The notes: generated by a model from the sequence alone, not told the origin. Positions 8,866-19,021 are shown, counted from the first letter of the stretch. The stretch is DNA of 64,000 bases from an uncultured Candidatus Saccharibacteria bacterium (GCA_964599405.1 CAZRED010000001.1:11528-75527); one strand, 5' to 3'. Translations and numbers: made by a program.

Positions 8866-10626
8866 ATGGGTGGGTTGATGAAACAGGAAAACTACGAAAA
8901 TTCGCCGCTCTACAAACTGCGCCACACCGCTGCTCATGTTTTGGCGATGGCCGCTCGGGAGTTTGATCCGGAGGTAAAATTAGCGATCGGGCCGCCAATT
9001 GAAACCGGGTTTTACTACGATTTTCAGTTTTCCCGCCCAGTTTCCGACTCTGACTTAGAAAAACTGGAAAAATCGATGGTAAAAATCATCGCCAAAGATA
9101 TTCCGGTGGTGAAAAAAACGATGTCGCACGCTGAGGCCGTTAAACTGTTGAAAAAAGAACAGCAGCCCTACAAGTTAGAGTTAGCCGAAGAGCTAAAAGA
9201 CGAGGAATTGAGTTTCTACGGCATCGACACTTTCTGGGATCTCTGCAAGGGACCGCACGTTGAATCTACGAGTGAAATAAAGGCCTTTAAACTACTCTCT
9301 GTTGCCGGAGCCTACTGGCGCGGCGACGAGCATCAGCCGATGCTGACTCGTATCTACGGAACGGCCTTTGCCAGCCAAAAAGCCCTGGATGAACATTTGG
9401 TAGCACTGGAAGAAGCCAAAAAGCGGGATCATCGCAAACTTGGCAAAGAGCTGGGAATTTTTATGATCTCCCCAGAGATTGGTAGCGGTTTGCCGCTCTG
9501 GCTGCCTAAAGGTGCCACGCTTTACCGCTTGCTGCGGGAATATTTAACGAAGCTGGAAGTTGAAGCCGGCTATCAACACGTGATTACCAGCGAATTGGGT
9601 AAAAAAGAACTTTACGAAAAGTCTGGCCACCTCTCCCACTACGCCGACAGTATGTATCCGCCGCTGGATCTAGACGGCGAAACATTTTACTTGCGGCCAA
9701 TGAACTGCCCGCATCACATCGCCATTTTCTCCCATGAGCTACACTCCTACCGCGACCTACCGATTCGTATTGCCGAGTTCGGTGAGGTGTTCCGTTTGGA
9801 AAAATCCGGCGAACTCTCCGGCTTACAGAGGGTACGCAGCTTCACCATTAACGACGCCCACATTTTCTGCCGGGAAGATCAGATCAAACAAGAGTTCCGA
9901 CAAGTGGTGGAGATGGTACAGTTTGTTTATAAAAGTCTCGACCTTAATGATTGGTGGTTCCGCCTGTCGCTCCACGATCCAGCTAACAAGAAAAAATACT
10001 CCGACAATATTCTACTGTGGGAAAAGTCGGAAAAAATATTGCGGGAAACGCTGGTGGAAATGAACGTTGACTTTACGGAAGCTAAAGACGAAGCAGCCTA
10101 TTACGGACCAAAACTCGATATCCAGATGAAAAACGTTAACGGTAAAGAAGAAACCATTGCCACTGTTCAACTGGATTTTTACCTGCCAAAACAGTTCGGG
10201 ATTGAGTATATCGACGAGAAAGGCCAAAAACAGCAACCAGTAATGATTCATCGAGCGATTTTTGGCTCGATGGAGCGCTTTATTGGCTTTTATTTGGAGA
10301 AAACCGGTGGAGAATTCCCGCTCTGGCTCTCGCCGATACAAGTGCGAATCTTGCCGATTTCCGAAAAAACCTCAAAGTACGCCGCCGATGTAAAGTGCGA
10401 ATTAACAACGGCTGGTTTCCGAGCCGAAGTTGACGAAAGTGCCGAAACTCTAGGTAAACGGATTCGCCAAGCAGAGTTGGAAAAAATCCCGCTGACATTA
10501 ATCCTCGGTGAAAAAGAAATGGCCGGTAAAACCGTGACGGTCCGGGTTCGCCATACTGCCGATCAAGCAACGCTCAAACTGGCCGATTTCGTTTCGAGCT
10601 ATCTTGCTGGAGCTCTGAAGAGCTAA
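8866..10626 (+). CDS. thrS: threonine--tRNA ligase
   Basis: Class II aaRS motifs, HTAAHVLAMA editing/second domain, anticodon-binding C-terminus. Confidence 0.95.
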   Translation: MGGLMKQENYENSPLYKLRHTAAHVLAMAAREFDPEVKLAIGPPIETGFYYDFQFSRPVSDSDLEKLEKSMVKIIAKDIPVVKKTMSHAEAVKLLKKEQQPYKLELAEELKDEELSFYGIDTFWDLCKGPHVESTSEIKAFKLLSVAGAYWRGDEHQPMLTRIYGTAFASQKALDEHLVALEEAKKRDHRKLGKELGIFMISPEIGSGLPLWLPKGATLYRLLREYLTKLEVEAGYQHVITSELGKKELYEKSGHLSHYADSMYPPLDLDGETFYLRPMNCPHHIAIFSHELHSYRDLPIRIAEFGEVFRLEKSGELSGLQRVRSFTINDAHIFCREDQIKQEFRQVVEMVQFVYKSLDLNDWWFRLSLHDPANKKKYSDNILLWEKSEKILRETLVEMNVDFTEAKDEAAYYGPKLDIQMKNVNGKEETIATVQLDFYLPKQFGIEYIDEKGQKQQPVMIHRAIFGSMERFIGFYLEKTGGEFPLWLSPIQVRILPISEKTSKYAADVKCELTTAGFRAEVDESAETLGKRIRQAELEKIPLTLILGEKEMAGKTVTVRVRHTADQATLKLADFVSSYLAGALKS

Positions 10627-11371
10627 CGACGTTTTTCAGCAACAGTAAGACTGTCAGTGGCCCGACGGCACCGCGCTTTGGCGTAATTAATTTAACCGCT
10701 TTTTCGACTGACTCGAAGTCCACATCAACCCCGGAAGCGTCGACAACCGTCATGTTTTCGGTAACAAAATCGGCCGTGACTAATTTTTCTACGCCGGTAG
10801 CAGTAATTAAAATATCGAAAGTTTTAATTTTTGCGGTTTCGTTTTCAGCCTTGCTGACAATCTGTTCATAGGGCCAGCTGTTGCGCTGAAACATTTCTGC
10901 CAACGGCTTACCAACCAATCGGCCAGCGCCTAAAATTACTGTATTGGATTTTTTTAAATTCAGGCCGTTACGCTCCAGCAGCATCACAATGCCGGTAGGT
11001 GTGGGAGGGGGAAAATTTTCCGAAATTAGCCCGTCGACATCTTTACTTGGCTCTATTTGCGAGAGAATTCGCTCGGTCTTAACATTTTTTGGCAGCGGTA
11101 GCTGCACAACAATTCCATCAATTTTTTTGTTTTCGTTCAAGCTGGCAATTAACGCTGATAGCTGGCGTTCGGCGGCGCGTTCGAAATGGTGGAGCTGGAA
11201 TTCAATCCCCAGCTCCAGTGCTTTTTTCTGTTTGGCACGGACAAACTTTTCCGTTTGTTTGTCGTTACCCACCCAAATCAACGACAGTTGTGGTGCGCGC
11301 TCCAAATTCTGGCGCGTTAGCAGAATTTCTTCTGTTAGCACGTCTAGTGCTTCCGTTGCGGACAGCAACAT
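10574..11371 (-). CDS. folD: bifunctional methylenetetrahydrofolate dehydrogenase/cyclohydrolase
   Basis: VGNDKQTEKFVRAKQK...DGIVVQLPLPKNV...ILGAGRLVGKPLA; 3' end overlaps thrS 3' end by 53 nt on the opposite strand. Confidence 0.85.
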   Translation of the reverse strand: MLLSATEALDVLTEEILLTRQNLERAPQLSLIWVGNDKQTEKFVRAKQKKALELGIEFQLHHFERAAERQLSALIASLNENKKIDGIVVQLPLPKNVKTERILSQIEPSKDVDGLISENFPPPTPTGIVMLLERNGLNLKKSNTVILGAGRLVGKPLAEMFQRNSWPYEQIVSKAENETAKIKTFDILITATGVEKLVTADFVTENMTVVDASGVDVDFESVEKAVKLITPKRGAVGPLTVLLLLKNVVSSSELQQDSSKRNRPV

Positions 11372-12012
11372 CAGCTAGTTGGAGTAAGCTCGGCAAGTTT
11401 GCGGTTGATAATTTCCTGCCACTGATCCATGGACTGTGCCCCAACGATTCGCTCACCGTTGACAAAAAAGGTTGGGGTTGATGAAACTCCGACGCGATCA
11501 GCTTCAGCCTTGTCTCGCCCGATGGCATCAGCCACGGCGGACGAACCGTAATCGTTGCCGAATTTATCCACGTCCATGCCTAATGATTGGGCATAGGCAA
11601 CAAATTGCGCTTTCGGATCGGCCAAACCACTCCACGTTTCCTGTTCAGCAAATAGAATATCGTACATCTCCCAAAATTTGCCTTGTAATCCCGCTGCTTC
11701 TGCCGCTTGGGCAGATTCGTCGGCATTCGGATGGATTGGCAATGGAATGTGGCGGTAAATTAACTGAACGTTTTGTTTGTTATTCTCAAAGCTTTGTTTT
11801 AGGGGCGCCGCGGCCGCTCGACAGGCCGGGCACTGGAAATCGCCGAATTCAACAATTTTAATTGGAGCCTCGTCGCTACCAAGTTTTTGACCAACTGTTG
11901 TATCAATTGTTGCGTTACCGTCAGAAGATTTGCCGCCAAAGACGACAAAACCAACCACTGCCAAAATCGCTACTGCAATCACTCCAACGAAAAACTTTCC
12001 GTCACCGCTCAT
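11371..12012 (-). CDS. DsbA-family thiol:disulfide oxidoreductase (membrane-anchored)
   Basis: N-terminal TM; thioredoxin-fold active site FGDFQCPACR; stop overlaps folD start by 1 nt. Confidence 0.8.
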   Translation of the reverse strand: MSGDGKFFVGVIAVAILAVVGFVVFGGKSSDGNATIDTTVGQKLGSDEAPIKIVEFGDFQCPACRAAAAPLKQSFENNKQNVQLIYRHIPLPIHPNADESAQAAEAAGLQGKFWEMYDILFAEQETWSGLADPKAQFVAYAQSLGMDVDKFGNDYGSSAVADAIGRDKAEADRVGVSSTPTFFVNGERIVGAQSMDQWQEIINRKLAELTPTS

Positions 12013-12424
12013 ATTGAACTCCTTTCAAGTTAGGTAAAAATAGCAAAATTATGGTGATTGTGACAATCGTCAGTGAAACCAAACACCAGGTGCAGTAGGC
12101 GTGGATGAAGAAAACTTCGGCGGCTAGTAGATACAGGCTGAAGGCCAAGCCCAACATTGCCCAGATACGCAGCTCTTTGATTCCAAACCGCTTTCGGAAA
12201 ACAATCATGTATAGCAACCCTAATTGAATAATGTACCAGGCAATCCCGTAAATCGAGACAGGGATGCCAAAGAAATAGGCGTATTTACTGGAAAGGACAG
12301 TTTCGCAGCCACCACCAATTGAGCAAGCCACCGAACTGGGGTCGTAGGTTTTGAAAGTTAAATATATTGATACCGCCAAGCCTAGTGCTGCAAGAATAGT
12401 CAGTATCCGGCCGGAGTTGTTCAT
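12002..12424 (-). CDS. vitamin K epoxide reductase (VKOR) family protein
   Basis: 4-5 TM helices, CSIGGGCETV and HAYCTWC motifs typical of bacterial VKOR; overlaps dsbA-like start by 11 nt. Confidence 0.75.
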   Translation of the reverse strand: MNNSGRILTILAALGLAVSIYLTFKTYDPSSVACSIGGGCETVLSSKYAYFFGIPVSIYGIAWYIIQLGLLYMIVFRKRFGIKELRIWAMLGLAFSLYLLAAEVFFIHAYCTWCLVSLTIVTITIILLFLPNLKGVQYER

Positions 12425-12544
12425 CGGTTTTACTCTATCATCCTTGTTAGCGATAAAAAAGGATGAAGCGAAGCTATCACCGGTTGCCTTCCGATGCGAG
12501 GGGTGGCATAAATGATATAAGCAATGAATCGTTTATAAGACTAA

Positions 12545-13222
12545 ATGAGACTAAACAAATTTATTGCGGCTTCTGGTTTCTGCTCCCGCCGCAAAGCCGA
12601 CGAACTGATTGCTGCCGGTCAGGTGAAAATTAATGGCCAATCCGTTACGACACTTGCTACAATTGTCGACCCCAAAACTGACGAAGTAACCATCAACGGC
12701 CAGAAAATTTCTCACGAAGAAAAAAAAGTTCTGTATTTGCTGAATAAGCCGCGCGGTGTTGTCACTACTGCCGACGATCCGGAAGGACGCAAAACAGTCT
12801 TGGATTTCGTGCCGACGGAGCCGCGAGTTTTCCCATGTGGGCGATTGGACGTGGAGACAATGGGTTTGGTAGTTTTAACCAACGACGGCAACCTCTGCTA
12901 CCAACTAACCCATCCGAAATTCGAGCACAAAAAGGAGTACTTTGTTCAGGGCGTTAGCCGCAACCCGCAGTTCTCTTGGGAGAAGTTACAAAAACCGCGC
13001 ATTCGGGTTGGTTTCGGCCAAGTGGCGATTGACGATCGGAAACTGAAGAAAATGTTTGAGAAAAAAATTGATTTTTGGCTAACCGTGCACGAAGGGAAGT
13101 ACCACATTGTCCGTAAACTCTGCAGTTCGGTTGGTATTGATGTCGTTCACCTTACCCGCACCAAGCTTGGCCAGTACGAACTGGGCGATATCGAGCCAGG
13201 ACACTACCAAGAAGTTTTGTAA
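12545..13222 (+). CDS. S4-domain pseudouridine synthase (RsuA/RluB family)
   Basis: N-terminal S4 domain (MRLNKFIAASGFCSRRKADELIAAGQVKING), catalytic GRLD motif (CGRLDVETMGLVVLTNDG). Confidence 0.85.
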   Translation: MRLNKFIAASGFCSRRKADELIAAGQVKINGQSVTTLATIVDPKTDEVTINGQKISHEEKKVLYLLNKPRGVVTTADDPEGRKTVLDFVPTEPRVFPCGRLDVETMGLVVLTNDGNLCYQLTHPKFEHKKEYFVQGVSRNPQFSWEKLQKPRIRVGFGQVAIDDRKLKKMFEKKIDFWLTVHEGKYHIVRKLCSSVGIDVVHLTRTKLGQYELGDIEPGHYQEVL

Positions 13223-13291
13223 AAATTCACGCGATTACAAATAATACTAATCGAACGAATATGTGTTTAAACACATATTCGTCTAAGATTG

Positions 13292-13363
13292 TGGGGCATG
13301 CTGGAATCGAACCAGCGACACACGGATTAAGAGTCCGTTGTTCTACCGCTGAACTAATGCCCC
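13292..13363 (-). tRNA. tRNA-Lys (CTT)
   Basis: Reverse complement folds as cloverleaf: acceptor GGGGCAT/ATGCCCC, anticodon stem ACGGA/TCCGT, loop CTCTTAA, T-loop GGTTCGATTCC. Confidence 0.85.
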
Positions 13364-13491
13364 GATTAACGTATTAAATTATATCTTTTATCCTTGCGAA
13401 AATGAATAAGGTGGGTACAATTAGCCTGCCTTGTCCGTCCAACGACAAGGGCTAGCCGGACTTTCCTACTGGTCAGTCTCGGTTTTCGATT

Positions 13492-13530
13492 GCGGGGTGA
13501 GGTGCTAGCCTCCCCCGCTTATTCTTTATT
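13492..13530 (+). terminator. GC-rich hairpin plus U-tract; possible terminator of an unannotated small RNA
   Basis: GCGGGGTGAGG-TGCTAG-CCTCCCCCGC then TTATTCTTTATTC; no + strand CDS ends nearby. Confidence 0.3.
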
Positions 13531-13556
13531 CACAACATTTACAGTATCCTTAACGC

Positions 13557-14171
13557 ATGGAATTTTGGGAATGGGTCAAGGGAATTGCTTCGCAGGAAAC
13601 ACTCCAGCATCTCGGGCATATTGGCATCTGGGCGATAATTTTTGCCGAGTCGGGGATTTTAGCCGGGTTCTTTTTGCCGGGTGACAGTTTGCTTTTTACC
13701 GCCGGACTACTGGCCTGGGCCGGGCATCTCAATATTTACTATCTTATTATTGGTGGAATAATTGCCGCCATTGCTGGCGATAGCTTTGGATATTATTTAG
13801 GGCGGCGGTTTGGACCCAGGGTGTTTAGTAAAGAGAATTCAAGAATTTTTCACAAAGACCATATTGAGCGCGCCAAGCAGTATTTCGCCAAATATGGCCC
13901 AATCACGATCTTTTTAGCCCGGTTTACACCGTTTATCCGCACGTTTGCCCCGGTTTTAGCGGGCGTTGGCGGCATGGAGTACGGCACGTTTGTTTTCTAT
14001 AATATTTTTGGCGGTATTTTTTGGGTACTATCAATGACGCTGCTCGGTTACTTTTTGGGCTCGGTGATCCCCGACGTAGACCGCTATGTCTTGCCGATTG
14101 TCGGCGGAATAATCTTACTTTCGGTTATTCCAGCAGTAGTGAGTATTGTTAGACGAAAACCTAAGGCCTAA
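13557..14171 (+). CDS. DedA/SNARE-associated family membrane protein
   Basis: LPGDSLLFTAG...YFAKYGPITIFLARFTPFIRTFAPVLAGV signature. Confidence 0.85.
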   Translation: MEFWEWVKGIASQETLQHLGHIGIWAIIFAESGILAGFFLPGDSLLFTAGLLAWAGHLNIYYLIIGGIIAAIAGDSFGYYLGRRFGPRVFSKENSRIFHKDHIERAKQYFAKYGPITIFLARFTPFIRTFAPVLAGVGGMEYGTFVFYNIFGGIFWVLSMTLLGYFLGSVIPDVDRYVLPIVGGIILLSVIPAVVSIVRRKPKA

Positions 14172-14401
14172 TACGGCAAGGATTGGTCAATTTTTTGCAA
14201 TATTTCACCGATAAACGGGATTGTGCCCAGCTTGCTGACTAAAAATCCCAACAATATTATTATCAGTGCCGCGCCAAGCACACCGCCGATACCGGAAGCA
14301 AAACCGACCAAAAAACCGCGCTTAATTGCATGTGATGATTTGCCGTAGAACTTATCGAGAGCGTGGATCAGTCGCTCAATCTGCTGGTTGTTGTGCTCCA
14401 T
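14168..14401 (-). CDS. small membrane protein
   Basis: 77 aa with C-terminal TM helix. Confidence 0.35.
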   Translation of the reverse strand: MEHNNQQIERLIHALDKFYGKSSHAIKRGFLVGFASGIGGVLGAALIIILLGFLVSKLGTIPFIGEILQKIDQSLPY

Positions 14402-14424
14402 TTATTTAGTGTAGCAGAAGCTAG

Positions 14425-14500
14425 TGGCGCGCCCGGAGGGATTTGAACCCCCGACCCTCTGTTCCGAAGACAGATACTCTATCCACTGAGCTACGGGCGC
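14425..14500 (-). tRNA. tRNA-Arg (TCG), CCA encoded
   Basis: Reverse complement: acceptor GCGCCCG/CGGGCGC, D-arm GCTCAGTGGATAGAGT, anticodon stem TCTGT/ACAGA loop CTTCGGA, T-loop GGTTCAAATCC, 3' GCCA. Confidence 0.8.
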
Positions 14501-14520
14501 GAGCCTACATTTGTAGGTAT

Positions 14521-14683
14521 AAATTACTGGCGAGTGCCAGTAGGTCAGGGGACAAACGCAGGTTTGATCCACTGAGCTACGGGCGCTGGTTGCGAGTTGT
14601 GCTCGCGGCTCGGAGGACAATCGGAAGTTTGATCCACGAAGTGGAACGAGACTTCAGTCGAGTATCCGCTGAGCTACGGGCGC
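14521..14683 (-). repeat. two degenerate copies of the 5' end of the adjacent tRNA-Arg; pseudo-tRNA/remnant repeats
   Basis: Each copy carries acceptor plus D-arm and a shared ~30-nt core (GTGGATCAAACYTSCGWTTGTCCYCYGASCC); copies end at 14586 and 14683; neither folds as a complete cloverleaf. Confidence 0.6.
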
Positions 14684-14767
14684 ATGTTATGTGTTAATTT
14701 TACGATATTTCAGGGGTAAAAGGAATGGCGATGGGCGCAAAAGCGCCCATCGCCTGGATAATGAAAA

Positions 14768-15205
14768 TTACAGAATCTCCGTCACACACCCGTCAAGCGA
14801 GTAATGTTCGGAGTTGTAGACGCTCACCTGTGCCCCCGCTGACACCGAAAGGAAATTTTTTCCCATTTTTCTTTCGGTTGAGCAGAAAACGACGTCAGTA
14901 AGATCGAACTCTTCGGCAATTTTTCCCAACTGATGGTCAATTGAGCTGTGCGATACCGGTTCACCGTAAGACAGATCCCCACAGTTGTAGAGGATAATTG
15001 CCATCTCCCCTTCAGCGGTGGCAACCACAACAATTCTCCCCTCACCGCCCGGCTGCACGAAATTGTCGCGCAGATACGCCCGCAGACTTCTTGTTTCGAT
15101 AGACTTTCCGCAAGCCTCACAAAGTTTCCCGACGAGAGATTGCCGATTCAGACCGGCTCTTTTTCCTGTTAACGTTCCCAGTAACATCCGATGAATCTCC
15201 AACAC
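14768..15205 (-). CDS. hypothetical Cys-containing cytoplasmic protein
   Basis: 145 aa ORF, no family recognised by eye. Confidence 0.4.
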   Translation of the reverse strand: MLEIHRMLLGTLTGKRAGLNRQSLVGKLCEACGKSIETRSLRAYLRDNFVQPGGEGRIVVVATAEGEMAIILYNCGDLSYGEPVSHSSIDHQLGKIAEEFDLTDVVFCSTERKMGKNFLSVSAGAQVSVYNSEHYSLDGCVTEIL

Positions 15206-15261
15206 AGCAAAAGGCCGTGGATGATAAAGATACCAAATATTAAATAGTAAATAAAGGTAAA

Positions 15262-16233
15262 TTAACGGATTTCTTTGGCCTGAATTTTATGATTATCGTT
15301 TAGCGACTCGGTCATTTCGTCTTTGGTCAGCAGTCCTTGCTCCGGACCGATTTTTTCCAGTACCGCAGCCGAGTTGGCCATACCCCAACGCATCGCTTCA
15401 CCGATGTCTTCGCCTTGCAGTAGCGCGGCGGTGAAGGCGGCGGAGAAGGCGTCGCCACAACCAGTTCGCTCCACCACCTTGGCCGGAAAGATGTCGCAAA
15501 ATAACAGCTGGTTGCCGTTGAAAACATAAGCGCCGTTAGGACCGTCAGTGACAATTACTAATTTCGGGCCTAGATCAAAGAGCTGTTCGGAGATCTCTCT
15601 AATGGTGGCCTTGATAGATAGCTCGGTTAATAGCCTGGCTTCCTCAAGATTAACAAACAGACACTCGGTAACTGCCATGACCGGCTTTAATGCTTGTACT
15701 CCGGCTTTAATCTGATGGGTACCGGGGTTAAAGCTAAGTTTAATTTTGTGCTGTAACACAAACCGGACAACTTTTTCGTAAGCTCCAGAAAAAGCCTTAC
15801 CCATGGCTGTCAGGTAAACCCAATCAACCGGCTCAAAATCTGGCAACTGGTATTCGCGCGGGACGTGGTAGACCACGAGAGTGCGCTCGCCCTGGAAAAC
15901 CAGGGCAGTAGCGTAGCTGGTCGGGCCTTTTTCGATAACAACATAACGAGGATCAACGCCTTCTGTGGCAAGTTGTTGGTCGACTAGCTTACCGATCCAA
16001 TCGTCGCCATGCACGCTATAGAGATCGGCTTTGACGCCAAGGCGAGCAAAGGAAACGGCCGTATTAACGGCATTACCGCCAACGTGAAACTGGACATCAT
16101 CGGCCATGATTTTACTGGCATAATTAATGCAGAATTCGCACTTACTTTTATCAATATTGCAGTGGACGTTAGCATCGCTGACAAAAACAAACGAATCAAC
16201 TGTGGCTTCCCCGACCGACAAGACATTCTTCAT
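15262..16233 (-). CDS. PfkB-family carbohydrate kinase (ribokinase-like)
   Basis: C-terminal TGCGDAFSAAF anion-hole motif, GG dipeptide region; start set at MKNVLSVGEA. Confidence 0.8.
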   Translation of the reverse strand: MKNVLSVGEATVDSFVFVSDANVHCNIDKSKCEFCINYASKIMADDVQFHVGGNAVNTAVSFARLGVKADLYSVHGDDWIGKLVDQQLATEGVDPRYVVIEKGPTSYATALVFQGERTLVVYHVPREYQLPDFEPVDWVYLTAMGKAFSGAYEKVVRFVLQHKIKLSFNPGTHQIKAGVQALKPVMAVTECLFVNLEEARLLTELSIKATIREISEQLFDLGPKLVIVTDGPNGAYVFNGNQLLFCDIFPAKVVERTGCGDAFSAAFTAALLQGEDIGEAMRWGMANSAAVLEKIGPEQGLLTKDEMTESLNDNHKIQAKEIR

Positions 16234-16294
16234 CTCTAATAACCGTAGCACAAACCTGTCAGTTGGCTAAGTTATTTGGTAAAATTAGCACCAT

Positions 16295-16367
16295 GGTGCT
16301 AGTAGCTCAGTGGTAGAGCAACCGGTTGTGGTCCGGTTGGCCGCAGGTTCGATCCCTGTCTAGCACC
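16295..16367 (+). tRNA. tRNA-His (GTG) with G-1
   Basis: G-1 + GTGCTAG acceptor, anticodon stem ACCGG/CCGGT loop TTGTGGT, T-loop GGTTCGATCC. Confidence 0.85.
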
Positions 16368-16375
16368 CTAAGGAA

Positions 16376-16864
16376 ATGAGAAAACCGTTAGTAGGCATTA
16401 TTATGGGCTCGAAATCAGATTTAGCAGTGATGGAAAAAGCTGCTGAAGTTTTCCAAAATTTTGGAGTTCTATATGAATTAGATATCGTTTCCGCTCACCG
16501 TACTCCAAAGAAAATGTACGAATATGCTTCTGCAGCTGAAAATCGAGGTATCCAGGTAATTATTGCCGGGGCTGGTGGAGCCGCACATTTACCTGGCATG
16601 ACTGCCGCACTAACAAAATTGCCGGTAATCGGTGTGCCGGTGGAGACAAAAACTATGAAGGGTCTAGACTCATTACTCTCAATTGCCCAAATGCCCTTCG
16701 GTGTTCCTGTTGCAACAGTTGCAATTAACGCTGCTGATAACGCTGCATTACTAGCAGTGAAAATTCTCGCTTTGCAAGACGGTAAGCTTTCTCAAAAATT
16801 GGCCGATTTTTATGAAAATCAAAAAGAAAAAGTCATGGAAGATTCGAAAGTACTGAATAGATAA
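16376..16864 (+). CDS. purE: N5-carboxyaminoimidazole ribonucleotide mutase
   Basis: [11 protein letters not shown]...HRTP...[14 protein letters not shown] signature. Confidence 0.9.
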   Translation: MRKPLVGIIMGSKSDLAVMEKAAEVFQNFGVLYELDIVSAHRTPKKMYEYASAAENRGIQVIIAGAGGAAHLPGMTAALTKLPVIGVPVETKTMKGLDSLLSIAQMPFGVPVATVAINAADNAALLAVKILALQDGKLSQKLADFYENQKEKVMEDSKVLNR

Positions 16865-16896
16865 GTATTAACATCGCTCATTATCTGACCGACAAT

Positions 16897-17187
16897 ATGT
16901 TTGAAAAGGCAAAGTACGAGAACTTCTCCGAAGCAAAAATAATAGAAGATCTGGAATCCCATGGTTATCAACCGGTTTCTTTTACAGAAAAACCAAACGA
17001 CTATCTAGCTCCGCATTCTCACAGGGAAAACCATATCCTCGTCGTAATAATGGGGGAGATGAAACTTAAGCTAACCGATGGCGAGAAAGTAATGAAACCC
17101 GGGGACAAGATTACCTTACTATCTGGCACTGAACACGAAGTATGGTTCGGCAACCAAGGCTGCACATATCTCTGGGCTGAGTATTGA
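16897..17187 (+). CDS. cupin-domain protein
   Basis: 96 aa, HSHxxxH..E..G double-strand beta-helix motifs. Confidence 0.55.
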   Translation: MFEKAKYENFSEAKIIEDLESHGYQPVSFTEKPNDYLAPHSHRENHILVVIMGEMKLKLTDGEKVMKPGDKITLLSGTEHEVWFGNQGCTYLWAEY

Positions 17188-17194
17188 ATTAGCT

Positions 17195-19012
17195 TTACTT
17201 CTTAGATTTTGCTCGGAGTGAGCCGTTGAGGATCTTTTTGCGCAGACGCAAAGACTTCGGTGTGGCTTCTAGCATCTCGTCATCTTCCAGGAAGTCGATT
17301 GATTGCTCCAAGCTCAAAACCGTTGCCGGGGTTAGCGTAATCGCGTCGTCGTTACCAGCCGAGCGGACATTGGTCTGTTTTTTCTCTTTAGTAATGTTAA
17401 CTTCCAAATCGTTATCACGTGAATGCAGACCGACAATCATCCCTTCGTAAACTGGTGTTTGTGGTTGAATAAAGGTAATACCCCGTTCTTGAGCATTATT
17501 AAGGCCATAAGACACCGCTTTACCACCAACTGATGCAACTAAAACACCATTACGAAGCTTAGGAATAGCGCTGCCCAGCGGAGCGAAACGCAAAAAGTTT
17601 GTGCCCATCACCGCTGTGCCACGAGAAATTGTAAGTAAAACGTTACGCAAGCCCAAAAGTCCGCGGGTAGTAATTTCAAAAAGTAAGCGGGTAGTGCCGT
17701 CTTCGTTTTCGGTTTGTAGCATTAAGATGCCCTTGCGCTTGCCAACTTCGCCGTTGACGGCGTTGGCAAATTCGCTTTTAACGTCAATTGTTAATTCTTC
17801 CACCGGCTCTTGGACTTGCCCGTCAATCACTTTGGTAATAACTTGCGGTTTACCGACCTGCATCTCGAAACCTTCGCGGCGGAGATTTTCAATAAAAACC
17901 GACAAGTGCAGTTCACCACGGCCCCACAGGATATATTCGTTATTTTCGCCGGATGTCATTTTCAGCGAAACATTCACTTCCAGCTCTTTGATAATTCGTT
18001 CGTAAATTTTTTGGCTGGTAAGCTGGGTGCCTTCTTTGCCGACAAACGGCGAAGTATTGGCCGAAATGGCCATTTTCAGCGTTGGCTCAGCAATCTGGAG
18101 CGTTGGTAAGGCAACGGGCGTAGCGGCATCGGCAATGGTGTCGCCAATTCGACAGTTCTTAATACCAGTAATCGCCACAATGTCGCCGGCATCAGCGAAA
18201 GCCACTTGTGAGCGGGTTAACCCATGCGTGCTATAAACTCGATCAATTTTAGCGTTTTCGCGAAAACCGTCCGGCGTACCGATCGATACGGCTAGACCTG
18301 GTTTAGCAATGCCGCGAGTCACTTTACCGATGGCGTACTTGCCTTGGAAGTTGTCCCAATCCAGGGCGGTGACCAACATTTGGAACGGCTGATCTTTCTG
18401 CGATTGGGGGGCGGGAATATGTTTTAAAATTGCGTCAAAAATCGGCGTTAGGTCGGTGTCCGCGCTGATCTGTTCGCTGGTGGGCAGGTTTTCCCATGAC
18501 TTGCCGTCGCGGCCAACGGCGTAGTAAACCGGGAAATCCAATTGAGCCTCGTCGGTCGCTAGATCCAAAAATAAATCCGAGGTGTCGCGGAGGACTTTAG
18601 CAATCTGGGAGTCATGTTTATCAATTTTGTTAATCACCACAATTGGTCGTAAGCCTAGCTCCAGCGCTTTTTTAAGCACAAATTTGGTTTGGGGCATTGG
18701 ACCTTCTTTGGCATCAATAATTAGCAAGGCGCCGTCAGTCATGGTTAGTGTGCGCTCTACTTCACCACCAAAATCGGCGTGGCCGGGGGTGTCGATAATA
18801 TTTATCTTCACGCCTTTGTAGGTAACCGCTGTGTTTTTAGCAAGAATCGTAATGCCGCGCTCCCGTTCCTGATCGTTAGAGTCCATAATCAGGGTTTGGT
18901 TCATCTCCGCCTCGTTATCGCGGAAGGTGTGCGACTGCTTCAATAGCCCATCCACCAGGGTAGTTTTACCGTGGTCAACGTGGGCGATGATGGCGACGTT
19001 GCGAATAGGCAT
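17195..19012 (-). CDS. typA: translational GTPase TypA/BipA
   Basis: [22 protein letters not shown]-like domain order. Confidence 0.95.
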   Translation of the reverse strand: MPIRNVAIIAHVDHGKTTLVDGLLKQSHTFRDNEAEMNQTLIMDSNDQERERGITILAKNTAVTYKGVKINIIDTPGHADFGGEVERTLTMTDGALLIIDAKEGPMPQTKFVLKKALELGLRPIVVINKIDKHDSQIAKVLRDTSDLFLDLATDEAQLDFPVYYAVGRDGKSWENLPTSEQISADTDLTPIFDAILKHIPAPQSQKDQPFQMLVTALDWDNFQGKYAIGKVTRGIAKPGLAVSIGTPDGFRENAKIDRVYSTHGLTRSQVAFADAGDIVAITGIKNCRIGDTIADAATPVALPTLQIAEPTLKMAISANTSPFVGKEGTQLTSQKIYERIIKELEVNVSLKMTSGENNEYILWGRGELHLSVFIENLRREGFEMQVGKPQVITKVIDGQVQEPVEELTIDVKSEFANAVNGEVGKRKGILMLQTENEDGTTRLLFEITTRGLLGLRNVLLTISRGTAVMGTNFLRFAPLGSAIPKLRNGVLVASVGGKAVSYGLNNAQERGITFIQPQTPVYEGMIVGLHSRDNDLEVNITKEKKQTNVRSAGNDDAITLTPATVLSLEQSIDFLEDDEMLEATPKSLRLRKKILNGSLRAKSKK

Positions 19013-19021
19013 TAGTTTTTC

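Noticed and set aside
14443-14697. 84-aa plus-strand ORF
   Set aside because: Spans tRNA-Arg and its repeat copies; its internally repeated peptide (LSTELRA / VSAELRA) is produced by the DNA repeats
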